A stretch of DNA of 64,000 bases from an uncultured Thermoplasmatales archaeon (GTDB lineage: Archaea; Thermoplasmatota; E2; DHVEG-1), in the NCBI GenBank assembly GCA_964618505.1, contig CAZUBH010000008.1, positions 15,257 through 79,256 on the forward strand, given 5' to 3'. The translations under genes and the position numbers were made by a program. The notes beneath the pieces are model-generated. The model saw nothing but the letters and a program-made list of their open reading frames with translations. It searched no databases and was not told the origin of the DNA. Positions 38,106-47,426 of this stretch are shown one piece after another (the stretch's first letter is position 1; each line of letters begins with the position of its first letter).

Positions 38106-39098
38106 TTAAACACCTTGTTTACTAGTTGTTGAAATATAGGTTATCTCTGGTTTTTCCACCTTGACGCCTCTCTGGTACCTAACAGCATCTCTCATGCCTA
38201 TTAATCTTTTAGTTGGTCCAGGTATTGAACCATGGATTAAAACATAATTGTTTCTTATAATTCCATAATGCGGAAAACCACCTGATGGCGTAATCTCATC
38301 GCCGTTTTCCCCGATTTTTAAAACACGTTTGTTATATTCCGTTCTTTGATGATAACCTGTTTGACCTGCTTGCGGAACTGTAGCTTGTATCCAATTTGGA
38401 TGCCAAGATCCAGCAGTACCTATCATCCTTCTGTGCTTTGAATTTTTATGCGATAATAGTTTTACTCCCCATCTTTTAACATGACCTTGGAACCCTTTTC
38501 CCTTAGTAACAGCTACAATATCAAGCATGTCACCTTCTTTTATTACATCATTTACTTTCAATGCTTTTCCAAGAATTTCTTTAACATATTTTGTTTGTTC
38601 CTCTATAGTCCCTCCGCCAATTCTTAGTTCACTTAATTCTGGTGATTTTTTAGGGGTTCCAGATACAAGTTTCGGTTGGGTATAAATAACTATTCTAATT
38701 TCATCCGAATTTTTAAGAAAATCCCAATCCTTTTTAGTCTTCTTTTTAGGCAAACTAATTCTTTTGGATAACTCAGGATCTAATTTATCTGCCCAAATTT
38801 CATCAATTGCCTGCAGGCCATAGGAATTCTTCTGGTATGCTCTGACTGCTGCAACTTTTATAGGAGGCGTCTCCAATATCGTAACAGGCATCATAACTTC
38901 TCTACCTGAAGTTGTAGAAGTTGGCCTGTAATCAACAAAAAATACATGAGTCATTCCAGCTTTATATCCAAAAAATCCTTGGATTTTTGGTTTATCGCCG
39001 TCTTTTGCCCATGTTTTTATATGTGGAACTTCAGACTTTGCTCTCTTACGTGGAGAATAACCACGGGAACCTCTTTTAGGATGGTGTCTTTCAGGCAT
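38106..39098 (-). CDS. rpl3: 50S ribosomal protein L3 (uL3); first gene of the cluster.
   Basis: PKRGSRGYSPRKRA...FGYKAGMTHV...VTKGKGFQG matches uL3. GAGG lies 8 nt upstream. Confidence 0.85.
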   Translation of the reverse strand: MPERHHPKRGSRGYSPRKRAKSEVPHIKTWAKDGDKPKIQGFFGYKAGMTHVFFVDYRPTSTTSGREVMMPVTILETPPIKVAAVRAYQKNSYGLQAIDEIWADKLDPELSKRISLPKKKTKKDWDFLKNSDEIRIVIYTQPKLVSGTPKKSPELSELRIGGGTIEEQTKYVKEILGKALKVNDVIKEGDMLDIVAVTKGKGFQGHVKRWGVKLLSHKNSKHRRMIGTAGSWHPNWIQATVPQAGQTGYHQRTEYNKRVLKIGENGDEITPSGGFPHYGIIRNNYVLIHGSIPGPTKRLIGMRDAVRYQRGVKVEKPEITYISTTSKQGV

Positions 39099-39290
39099 AT
39101 AACATTTCCTCTGTAACTCTTTTTATTAAATTTGCATGCAAACATCTATACCGTGACACCAGATAGACGTCCGAAAATATTAAGCGGCATCTATTTACGG
39201 GATTCTTTTAGAATTGCCCGACATATGTCTGGTATAGATAAGGAAAGCAGACATAAAAAATAAGGTATATAAACTTTGTTATCGAATTAT
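39099..39290 (-). promoter_or_regulatory. Leader/promoter region of the ribosomal-protein supercluster. It holds AT-rich TATA-like elements and a 16-bp near-perfect palindrome (cccGACATATGTCtgg, 39217..39232).
   Basis: A 190-nt non-coding gap upstream of rpl3. On the minus strand TTTAATAAAAA lies about 35 nt upstream of the ATG and AAAGTTTATATACC lies further upstream. GACATATGTC is a perfect 10-bp palindrome. Confidence 0.3.
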
Positions 39291-40355
39291 TTATAAATCC
39301 CAGAAGGGAACAATGTCGCAACACCCACAGTTATGACACATTGTATTAAAACTTTTTGTCGTTAAATCATTTTTTTCTAAAATTTTTTTATGATTTCTAG
39401 ATAGATAAATCATTCTATCAACATCTACATTGGGCAATTCACAAGAAAGTGATTTTTTCAAATCATCTTTATTTTCACCATTTATTCTAATCTTTCTTAA
39501 TGTAGGAACAACTCCCATGCCTGATAACTTTTTGATGGTTTTTATTATGCTTTCATTTGTTTCTCCAAGTCCAAAGATTATATTGGAACAGACCTTCCCT
39601 CTTCCAAAAACTTTTACCGCCTCTTTAAGCATATTAAATGTCTTGTTATAATCTAAATTTGGACATACCTTCTCAAATAATTCTTTACTGGACGCTTGAA
39701 CATTTATCTTTATTTCATCAAAACCAGATTTTTTAAGATTTGTTAATTCACTCATTTTAAAAATGCAAGATTCAACACCAAATTTAGAACCTGGAATTTT
39801 GTTTCTGACGCCTTCTACTATATAGCACATGTCTTCTACAATTTTTTCATTATTAGGATATACACCGCTTGTGATGGCTATGTTTTTTATGCCACTTTTT
39901 TTTGAGGATTTTAAAATATAATCCACATAATTTTTCTTATCATAATTTTTTGTTTTTTCTTTTTTATCAAAAAAGCAAAATGCACAATTAAAGATACACT
40001 TGTCAGCTAAATTTATAAAAATCTGATTTGGAGCATGATATAATACCGGCAGGATTCTGACATTATTTATAAAAATTTTATTATGCTTTAAAACAGAATA
40101 AATACCATTATTTTCTACTAAAGAAAATCTAGCTTTTTTATTTTTAATAACTCGAAGTTTTATATTGCTTTTATTGAAACAAAATCCTACATTTTTATAA
40201 GAAGAGCTTGGTCCTGCAGAAGATTTATCGTAAGGATAGGGAATTGGTATGCCTCTTTCTATAAATATCTCATCGTCTTCTAATAATTCTGCTTTTATTC
40301 TTAAATTTGCACAATTTTCCACGGATTTCAATAACATAATTGATACTAAAAACAT
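39291..40355 (-). CDS. Radical SAM domain protein.
   Basis: CIFNCAFC (Cx3Cx2C) cluster-binding motif and a C-terminal Cys-rich patch HNCGCCD. No subfamily could be assigned. Confidence 0.65.
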   Translation of the reverse strand: MFLVSIMLLKSVENCANLRIKAELLEDDEIFIERGIPIPYPYDKSSAGPSSSYKNVGFCFNKSNIKLRVIKNKKARFSLVENNGIYSVLKHNKIFINNVRILPVLYHAPNQIFINLADKCIFNCAFCFFDKKEKTKNYDKKNYVDYILKSSKKSGIKNIAITSGVYPNNEKIVEDMCYIVEGVRNKIPGSKFGVESCIFKMSELTNLKKSGFDEIKINVQASSKELFEKVCPNLDYNKTFNMLKEAVKVFGRGKVCSNIIFGLGETNESIIKTIKKLSGMGVVPTLRKIRINGENKDDLKKSLSCELPNVDVDRMIYLSRNHKKILEKNDLTTKSFNTMCHNCGCCDIVPFWDL

Positions 40356-40418
40356 TTCTTAAAAATAATACATACAAAATATTTTAAAATGAGGATAATA
40401 TTATGGTCCAAGATTTAA

Positions 40419-40850
40419 ATGAGGATGTTTATAATGGATATTCACAGTAAGAATTCTTATAAGTTATTTATTTTCGCATTTTTAATATTGCTAATTGTTA
40501 CTTTCTCTTGTGAGGCTAAGTTTGAAGATATTGGTGGCCAAGATTTTCAAAGTAAATCAAATCTATATTTTATTTATGCTAGCGGAAAAAGTGATTTAAT
40601 GGGTAGCTCAATAGATTTTCACATAACGCCATTTTGGTTTCAAACTTCTGAGAGTTGGCTTTCTTATGGATTTAATGGAGGCTCAGTAATTCTTATAAAT
40701 GGAGAACCTACATTTCATGATGAACCTGTAAGAGTATACTTAGAAGGTTTTAAGGGATTTTCACCAGGATCAATTCATTGGAAAACTAAAAGTATTATTG
40801 GTTCAAGAATCAGACTTCTAGGGATATGTAGTTATATTGAAATCAATTAA
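40419..40850 (+). CDS. Hypothetical secreted or membrane-anchored protein of 143 aa.
   Basis: N-terminal hydrophobic segment LFIFAFLILLIVTFSC. No recognisable domain. Confidence 0.3.
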   Translation: MRMFIMDIHSKNSYKLFIFAFLILLIVTFSCEAKFEDIGGQDFQSKSNLYFIYASGKSDLMGSSIDFHITPFWFQTSESWLSYGFNGGSVILINGEPTFHDEPVRVYLEGFKGFSPGSIHWKTKSIIGSRIRLLGICSYIEIN

Positions 40851-40867
40851 TTAGATGGATGGTTTGA

Positions 40868-41797
40868 ATGAATATTTCTAAAGTTAAAATTATATCATTT
40901 TTCATTCTTTTTCCTCTAATATTTGTAGGATGTTTAGAGCAAAAATCAACTGTTGAAAAAGAAGATGCAATTGAAAAAAATGAAAACATTCTTCCAGAAA
41001 CTTCAATTATTTCAAATACAACAAATGGCATAGCTCCGTTAAGTATTTTTTTTACATGCGATTGCAAAGATTCAGATGGAGAAATTGTAGGTTACTTTTG
41101 GTCTTTTAATGATGGTAACTTTTCCAATCAAAAAAATGTTACTCATACTTTTGAAAAAGCAGGGATTTATGAAGTTTTTTTGTTAGTTACAGATAACAGT
41201 GGAGCTATATCCAATGATACAGTTCTAATCGAGGTTAAACCAAAAATTGCTGAGTGGACTTTATCTCTTATAGGTGCTAAAACAGAAATTATTAATCGAA
41301 GTACTTTTGAGGGTTTTGTATCCGCATATGGAGAATCTTCTTGGGAGGATGAAGGAAATCTTTGGACAGGAATTCCTTTGTGGATTTTAGTATCAATTGT
41401 AGACGATGTCGAAGACAAAGATTATACTTTTAACGAAGATTTAGCAAATCTAGGTTATGAAATCAAAATTACAGCAGGTGATGGATGGATAACAAATCTT
41501 TCAAGTAAAGACATAATAGAAAACCAAGGATATTTGGTTGTAAATAAATTAAATGGAGAGCCTCTCCCAAAATATACACCTAAAGGAAAGCCAAGTTGGC
41601 CTCTTCACTTAAGAGGCGATGAGGTTGTTTGTCCCAACAATGTTGGTAATATTACTGCTATTGAATTAATAGACCTACCAGACGTCAATGAAACTAAAAG
41701 ACCATTCTTTTCAAATATTAAATATTTTTTTAAAAATCTTTTAGAAAATTGGATACAATTTTTTTCTGATATTTTCTCATTTATAAAAAACAATTAA
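40868..41797 (+). CDS. Putative lipoprotein with a PKD domain.
   Basis: Signal peptide plus lipobox FVGC. The PKD-like region reads ISNTTNGIAPLSIFFTCD...WSFNDGNFSNQKNVTHTFEKAGIYEVFLLVTDNSG. Confidence 0.5.
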   Translation: MNISKVKIISFFILFPLIFVGCLEQKSTVEKEDAIEKNENILPETSIISNTTNGIAPLSIFFTCDCKDSDGEIVGYFWSFNDGNFSNQKNVTHTFEKAGIYEVFLLVTDNSGAISNDTVLIEVKPKIAEWTLSLIGAKTEIINRSTFEGFVSAYGESSWEDEGNLWTGIPLWILVSIVDDVEDKDYTFNEDLANLGYEIKITAGDGWITNLSSKDIIENQGYLVVNKLNGEPLPKYTPKGKPSWPLHLRGDEVVCPNNVGNITAIELIDLPDVNETKRPFFSNIKYFFKNLLENWIQFFSDIFSFIKNN

Positions 41798-42264
41798 AAA
41801 ATTCTAGGTATTATTCTATAAGGTACTTTTTCCATATATTTTTCATAATCCTTTCCATATTGTCTAATTAAAAGTTTTTCTTCATCAATTATACTCCAAA
41901 TAATTAGAGGAATTTCAATAATTGCTATTATCAAGGCAAATAGTGAATAAAAAAATAAAGCAAGACCAAATCCAATTATAACTAAGGAGGTATAGTGAGG
42001 ATGTCGTATTGTTTTAAAAATTCCTTCTGTTACAAGCTGGCCTTTATAGGCCTTATGCCAAAAAATTTCCCATTTGAAATAAACAAATGTTCCTATTAAA
42101 AATACTACAATGCCACTTAATATTGTAAAAATCATGTTGAATGGTATTTTCCAAACACCAAAAATTGCGGTTAAAGGACCAGTTAGGATTATTAATAGAA
42201 TAGGCGAATAATGTGCTATAAAAAGTGCTCTTAGAGTTTTTGGTGGCCTGTAGTCTAAAAACAT
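41794..42264 (-). CDS. Isoprenylcysteine carboxyl methyltransferase (ICMT) / phospholipid methyltransferase family membrane protein.
   Basis: A 156-aa protein with 4-5 TM segments carrying the EGIFKTIRHPHY and RHPxY signature of the ICMT/PEMT family. Confidence 0.6.
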   Translation of the reverse strand: MFLDYRPPKTLRALFIAHYSPILLIILTGPLTAIFGVWKIPFNMIFTILSGIVVFLIGTFVYFKWEIFWHKAYKGQLVTEGIFKTIRHPHYTSLVIIGFGLALFFYSLFALIIAIIEIPLIIWSIIDEEKLLIRQYGKDYEKYMEKVPYRIIPRIF

Positions 42265-42269
42265 GTGTT

Positions 42270-43034
42270 TTACACTAGTTTAATTCCACCAGATCCTATT
42301 TCAAAATCTTGTGGTTTTAATGTGTGTTTTGTACTGCGCATTTTTAAAACCGCAAGTTTTCTTCTATCCATTGTTGGATCAACACTCAAAACAATTACTG
42401 CATCTGCTAAAAATTCAGAAAGACCATCTCTTGACATACTTTTTGAGTTTGAAGGCAGTTCCGATGTAACAATAGATGTGCATCTTGCGGTTTCTAAAGC
42501 GTTCATAATGTAATGAAGATGAAGCCTTCTTATTGGAAAGTTGCCATCTGAAGAAAACTCTTCAGGGTTTATTATGTTAATATCGTTTGATTTGGCAATG
42601 TCCATATTATTAATGTAAATTGGCATTTCAGATAAAGGAGTAATTGAATCTAAAACTACACGATCCCAATCTCCAGATAAAATTTCATTTGTCATTGTTT
42701 CATAAATCAATTTCTTGTTGATATTTAGAAATAAAAATTTAACTTGCCCACTGTCTATTGCAGGTTGAAAATCAATATCTAATTCTTTTGATTGAGTTAA
42801 AAGCCCTTCTACTTTTTTGTCAAGTGTTAAAAATAAACATCTGTCTCCTTCTTCAACTCCTTGACGTAGAAACTGAGAACATAATATTGTTTTACCCCCT
42901 CCAGGAGGTCCTGAAACTAGCGTTATTGTTCCTTTGGGTATCCCTCCAGATATTACTTCGTCAAGACCAGGTACACCTGTTTTTACTCTTTCTACCTTAC
43001 TTGTCGTTGCTTTTTCAGTATGAACTAATGACAT
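42270..43034 (-). CDS. KaiC-like single-domain RecA-superfamily ATPase (KaiC-A).
   Basis: GVPGLDEVISGGIPKG; Walker A GPPGGGKT; Walker B RVVLDSIT; catalytic IVTSE. Confidence 0.75.
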   Translation of the reverse strand: MSLVHTEKATTSKVERVKTGVPGLDEVISGGIPKGTITLVSGPPGGGKTILCSQFLRQGVEEGDRCLFLTLDKKVEGLLTQSKELDIDFQPAIDSGQVKFLFLNINKKLIYETMTNEILSGDWDRVVLDSITPLSEMPIYINNMDIAKSNDINIINPEEFSSDGNFPIRRLHLHYIMNALETARCTSIVTSELPSNSKSMSRDGLSEFLADAVIVLSVDPTMDRRKLAVLKMRSTKHTLKPQDFEIGSGGIKLV

Positions 43035-43171
43035 AAAAAAAGGTATATAGTAGCGTGTATAACTATTTTACTTTTTAGGGCTAATTTTATTCTAATATAT
43101 TAATTTTTATGCAAATATTTATATATTTACTAAAATAAATATAATATGGGAAAAGCTCGACGTGTGAAAAA

Positions 43172-43396
43172 ATGTCTAGAAATTTAAAGATATGGATGTG
43201 GATTCAAAACAATCATTTGATTAAGGCCATATCAAATATGGATACTGGAACACTTACAATTTATGACGAAAACGATAATGTACTTGTTAAAAGAACAGGC
43301 CTTTCTAGACAGCAAATTAAAAAAATTGAAATAGTTTTCTCTCATTTTAGTGCAAAAAAATTAGACAAAAATCAGGAACCCTGCACATACCTATAA
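43172..43396 (+). CDS. Small conserved protein S1 of 74 aa; paralog of 47152..47397.
   Basis: KIWMWIQNN...GTLTIYDENDNVLVKRTGLSRQQIKKIE aligns with KTWTWLKSK...GTIEVLNEKGEILIRKTNLSRRQVENVE of the second copy. Confidence 0.45.
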   Translation: MSRNLKIWMWIQNNHLIKAISNMDTGTLTIYDENDNVLVKRTGLSRQQIKKIEIVFSHFSAKKLDKNQEPCTYL

Positions 43397-44158
43397 TATT
43401 GAAACTTGTCTATCGGGATAAACTTCTATGCCATTATTTGTAATTTCCATTCCAAAAATCTTTTTTTGATGATTTGAGTATCTCATTTTTAAAATTTCTA
43501 TAGCGTTTTCTCTTCTATCTCCTCTCTGGATATTGTATAAAACTACAATTCCATCTGCAAGAAACTCCTCGATTCCAGAATCGCTAAATTTTTTTGGAAT
43601 TTGCTCTGTTTCTGTAACTAAGAATGAAGTAGCACCCGTATCTTGAAAAAAACTGAAAAGTTGTTGCAGGTAAACTCTATAATTTTTTTCTTTTGAAATT
43701 GATGCCGATATTACAGCAGTAAGAGAATCAACCACAATTAATTCTGGATTGAAATCCTTGGGTATTATTAAAGGTTTGATTTTATACGAAACTTCAGTTG
43801 CAGATCCAGAGCCTCCAAGAGAACCAAATTTCATTCTAAGAATATCTAAAGGATTAATTTTTTGAACAAGAAATCTACCTTCATCGATATGGCTTTGAAC
43901 ATCCCAACCAAATACATTCATGCTTCTTTTAATTCTATCAATAGATTCTTCAAAACTTACATACATACAATTTTTTCCTTTAGAAATCAGATTATAACAC
44001 ACTTGTCTACAAAAGGTACTTTTTCCCGTCCCTGTTCCGCCAGCAATTAAAACTGAATTTTTTTTAGGTATGCCTTGATTTGAAAATAGACCATCGAATC
44101 CTTTGATATCTGTTTTTAGTGCATCTTCGTTATTTGTCTGATAACTGCCTTCATCCAT
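43391..44158 (-). CDS. KaiC-like single-domain RecA-superfamily ATPase (KaiC-B); FlaH/ArlH-like.
   Basis: IKGFDGLFSNQGIPK; Walker A AGGTGTGKST; Walker B LIVVDSLT; catalytic LVTETE. Confidence 0.75.
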   Translation of the reverse strand: MDEGSYQTNNEDALKTDIKGFDGLFSNQGIPKKNSVLIAGGTGTGKSTFCRQVCYNLISKGKNCMYVSFEESIDRIKRSMNVFGWDVQSHIDEGRFLVQKINPLDILRMKFGSLGGSGSATEVSYKIKPLIIPKDFNPELIVVDSLTAVISASISKEKNYRVYLQQLFSFFQDTGATSFLVTETEQIPKKFSDSGIEEFLADGIVVLYNIQRGDRRENAIEILKMRYSNHQKKIFGMEITNNGIEVYPDRQVSIL

Positions 44159-44176
44159 ATAATAATCTCACAAATT

Positions 44177-45064
44177 TTATTTAATCCATCCTGGCCCTAT
44201 TTGGACATAATATTTTAATACTTTCAAATATACATTTAATTTTCCGCCAGGATTTATATTTTCTATTACCACTCTTGAAGGTTGATGTTCATCTTCACTG
44301 TTTATTACCGTAATTTTTAATAAATCTGAGGATTTTTTAAGATCCTGAAAAGATTCATTCCAAGCATTTGGAAAGTATGTGTTTATTGTAATATTGTCCA
44401 TGTTGTTCCAAAGGGTCTGTGGATTTCCAGTTTCTCTTGAATAGTTAACTCTAATCATACATTTCCCCCATCCTGAGGTCATATTCTTTTGGTCACTAAT
44501 GCCTATGTGAACAGGCAAAGTAAAAGAAACCTTTGGAGGATTGCCTTCGTCCAATGAAACTGAAGCACTTGCACGCGATACCGATTTTCCTGTTGGTTGT
44601 TTAACAAATACTCCTCCGCCTTCTAAAGCATAAGTCTGATCAACAAAATAATAATTATGTGACTCAAATTTTACTGATGTAAGATCAAATTCGGTAGGGT
44701 TGAATATACTCCATAATGTAATCTTACAATTCTCATCCTGAACAATACTTAAATCACCAGTTGCTCTTGCCGTCACAAAATATGGTAGTTCCCTACTTCC
44801 AAGTGTAATCATAGAAGTTAACGGGTCTGAGGAATTTGTCATCTGTTGGATATTCATCATTGATTTTAAATATGTAAATTGATTTGAAATAACATCCATA
44901 TGCTCGGCTTCTTTTTGCTCCATAATCTCTGGTATGTATACAAGTTGTATTGTTGAAAGAATAATAGCTACTAGTGCTACTAATAAAAGAGCCTCAATTA
45001 CACCTGCAACAGCATTATTTTTTGAAATTAAATCTATTTTTTTCATCTCTCCAGTCTTTTCCAT
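44177..45064 (-). CDS. Membrane-anchored protein with a type IV pilin-like hydrophobic N-terminus and a beta-rich extracellular domain.
   Basis: The N-terminus KKIDLISKNNAVAGVIEALLLVALVAIILSTIQLV resembles archaeal pilin/ArlF-G class III signal regions. No canonical cleavage motif was confirmed. Confidence 0.35.
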   Translation of the reverse strand: MEKTGEMKKIDLISKNNAVAGVIEALLLVALVAIILSTIQLVYIPEIMEQKEAEHMDVISNQFTYLKSMMNIQQMTNSSDPLTSMITLGSRELPYFVTARATGDLSIVQDENCKITLWSIFNPTEFDLTSVKFESHNYYFVDQTYALEGGGVFVKQPTGKSVSRASASVSLDEGNPPKVSFTLPVHIGISDQKNMTSGWGKCMIRVNYSRETGNPQTLWNNMDNITINTYFPNAWNESFQDLKKSSDLLKITVINSEDEHQPSRVVIENINPGGKLNVYLKVLKYYVQIGPGWIK

Positions 45065-45106
45065 ATTGTTTGACTATAACTTATATTTTTTCTAAATAAA
45101 TTTCAT

Positions 45107-46993
45107 TTATTTTTTCTTTAACCACAATAGAAATAACCCAATTGCACTAATAATTATTAAAACTTCAAAAACCACAATAAAATGAAATGGAATTTGTAAA
45201 GAAATCCCTTTAACAGATTGACCCGCGTCATCATTTTTTGAACCAGTTTCTGATATTATTACATAGGTTTGTGTAGTTGAAGTTGATTGGTTGTCATCTT
45301 TTATTGTCAATGAGACAGTAAAATTACCATAGCTTTGATATTTGTGGCTAGTTGTCGACCCTTCACCATTTGCCCCATCACCAAAATTCCATAAATATTG
45401 AATTATCTCTCCATCTTCATCAATACTAAGCGTTCCATCAAAATTAATATCTTCATCTATTTTTGCATAATAGGGGCCATTAATAATTGCTGTTGGTTTG
45501 ATATTTTCTGATATTTCTTCCTTGCTAATAGCTAAATTTTGGGTTACTTGTGTAGACCATTTTTCATCATTATCTTTAACCTGAAAATATATTGCATGAT
45601 TACCAATAGATAAATCAGATGTGTTAAAAGATTTGTTTGTACTTATTATACCATCAATACTTGAGGTCCATTTCCATCCTATGATTTCGCCATCGTCTGT
45701 ACCATATCCATTAAAAGATATTGTTTCACCTATTAATGCAGGATTGGGGTTAATTGATTCAATAAATGCTATTGGTTTTTCATTTTGTTTAGGATTAATT
45801 GTTAATGATTTTGATGTTTCTGAAGACCATTCTCCATAATCATCTTTAACTTTAAAGTAAATAGTATGCTCTCCAACAGATAAACTTGATTTTGTAAACG
45901 AACTTGAACTGCTTAAAAAACCATCGATGTTTGAACGCCAATTATAATCGGTTATTATACCATCTGAGTCTGCCCCACTACCACTAAAAGAAATCTCATC
46001 TCCATAATAAGCTACATTAGGCGATATGCTAGGTTGATGAGCTGTGGGGGCTTGATTTTGAGGATCTACCGGATCATCTTCTTGTAAAAAATAACCTAAA
46101 GGGTAGTTATCGGTGTTGCTTCCACCAGGTATTTGGTAAGCAGAGTCTCCAATGCCATCTTCATTAGAATCATAATCGTTGTAGTCGTCCCAATAATTTC
46201 CCTGATTTGCACCATTGTCCCATGAATTTGAAAATGGATCGTATGCATTTTCGCTATTGTCTGTAAAATCATTATTGTAAAAGGTATTGCTTGAAGAGGA
46301 TTGGGATAAATATACTCCAAACCCAGTATTTTGGCTTAGTGTATTTCCGATGATATTATTGTCTATTGAAAATGAAGAAAGCTTAATTCCATTCCCATTT
46401 TCATTTATTACGTTATCTTCAACAGTATTTCCTGTTGAAAACTCTATATGAATGCCACTAACTGCATTGTTTGAAATAATATTATTGCTAATGGTAAGAG
46501 AGTTGCAATCAAATAAAGAAAATCCTTCTCCCTGATCACTATTAATTATTCTGTTATTTTCAATAACTGAATTTTCAACTTTAGACATTGTAAGACAATC
46601 AAATCCGGATCCGCCCGCATTTCTAATTGTAAGGCCAGAAATTGATACCTCGATGTGATCACTACCCACAACTTCTATAACATGACCATTGCTTCCGCCA
46701 TCAATAAAAGTATTATCCCTACTTTGTCCGGTTAGTGTAAGGTCTTTTGTTATTTCGATTTTTTCATTGTATGTTCCTGAATAGATATATATTGTATCTC
46801 CTTCATCTGCTTCAGAAATTGCTGAATTTATGTCCATGAAAGGATTTTGTTGAGTTCCATCCCAAGGCCCACTGTCATTATCATCATCAACATATAAAGT
46901 GTTTCCAGATGCTTTTGATAAGTTCGTTGATGTGCTTAAAATAAATAATAGAAGAATAATCGAAAATAAATTAATAAGACTAAGTTTGTGCAT
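45107..46993 (-). CDS. Surface protein with a signal peptide, a NosD-like right-handed beta-helix, three PKD-like domains and a C-terminal TM anchor.
   Basis: Beta-helix repeats (GLTIRNAGGSGFD, NNIISNNAVSGIHIE, NVINENGNGIKL) with the GNYWDDYN...DGIGD motif. PKD-like repeats (YFKVKDDYGEW, YFQVKDNDEKW, SLTIKDD). C-terminal TM segment FIVVFEVLIIISAIGLFLLWLKKK. Confidence 0.65.
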   Translation of the reverse strand: MHKLSLINLFSIILLLFILSTSTNLSKASGNTLYVDDDNDSGPWDGTQQNPFMDINSAISEADEGDTIYIYSGTYNEKIEITKDLTLTGQSRDNTFIDGGSNGHVIEVVGSDHIEVSISGLTIRNAGGSGFDCLTMSKVENSVIENNRIINSDQGEGFSLFDCNSLTISNNIISNNAVSGIHIEFSTGNTVEDNVINENGNGIKLSSFSIDNNIIGNTLSQNTGFGVYLSQSSSSNTFYNNDFTDNSENAYDPFSNSWDNGANQGNYWDDYNDYDSNEDGIGDSAYQIPGGSNTDNYPLGYFLQEDDPVDPQNQAPTAHQPSISPNVAYYGDEISFSGSGADSDGIITDYNWRSNIDGFLSSSSSFTKSSLSVGEHTIYFKVKDDYGEWSSETSKSLTINPKQNEKPIAFIESINPNPALIGETISFNGYGTDDGEIIGWKWTSSIDGIISTNKSFNTSDLSIGNHAIYFQVKDNDEKWSTQVTQNLAISKEEISENIKPTAIINGPYYAKIDEDINFDGTLSIDEDGEIIQYLWNFGDGANGEGSTTSHKYQSYGNFTVSLTIKDDNQSTSTTQTYVIISETGSKNDDAGQSVKGISLQIPFHFIVVFEVLIIISAIGLFLLWLKKK

Positions 46994-47151
46994 TCAAATC
47001 CCTTCCATCTCTCATTTGTAAGATTAGATAGTTACTATATATAAATATGATGGTGAAAAACGTCAAAACGTAATAATATTTTAACTAGCTATAAGGGGAA
47101 TGTTTATAAAGGTACAAATTAACATCAATTTGTAAGTGAAAAGTGACCCTG

Positions 47152-47397
47152 ATGAAAAGCGAAAAAACCTGGACATGGCTTAAATCAAAAGGAAAAATCT
47201 TTAAGATCATTTCAAACCCGGCGAAAGGAACAATTGAAGTCTTGAATGAAAAAGGTGAGATTTTAATTAGAAAAACAAACCTTTCTAGAAGACAAGTTGA
47301 AAATGTTGAAAAAAATTTTTTAAATATGATTTCTAAAAAATCAAATGAAAACTGTGAATTAAAATCAAATCAAAATTTTGACCCCATGATAGCTTAA
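47152..47397 (+). CDS. Small conserved protein S2 of about 81 aa; paralog of 43172..43396.
   Basis: See S1. The start is chosen at the ATG that aligns with the S1 start; the ORF track used the GTG at 47143. Confidence 0.45.
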   Translation: MKSEKTWTWLKSKGKIFKIISNPAKGTIEVLNEKGEILIRKTNLSRRQVENVEKNFLNMISKKSNENCELKSNQNFDPMIA

Positions 47398-47426
47398 CAT
47401 TGAATTCTTTAGGTTATAAATAGAGC

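Noticed and set aside
42270-45064. Interpreting the KaiC-like genes plus the pilin-like gene as a bona fide archaellum (fla/arl) operon.
   Set aside because: No ArlI (FlaI) secretion ATPase, ArlJ membrane platform, archaellin with a canonical class III signal peptide, or ArlCDE is present in the window. Only an ArlH-like ATPase architecture is shared, so the locus is reported as an unassigned KaiC-associated surface module instead.
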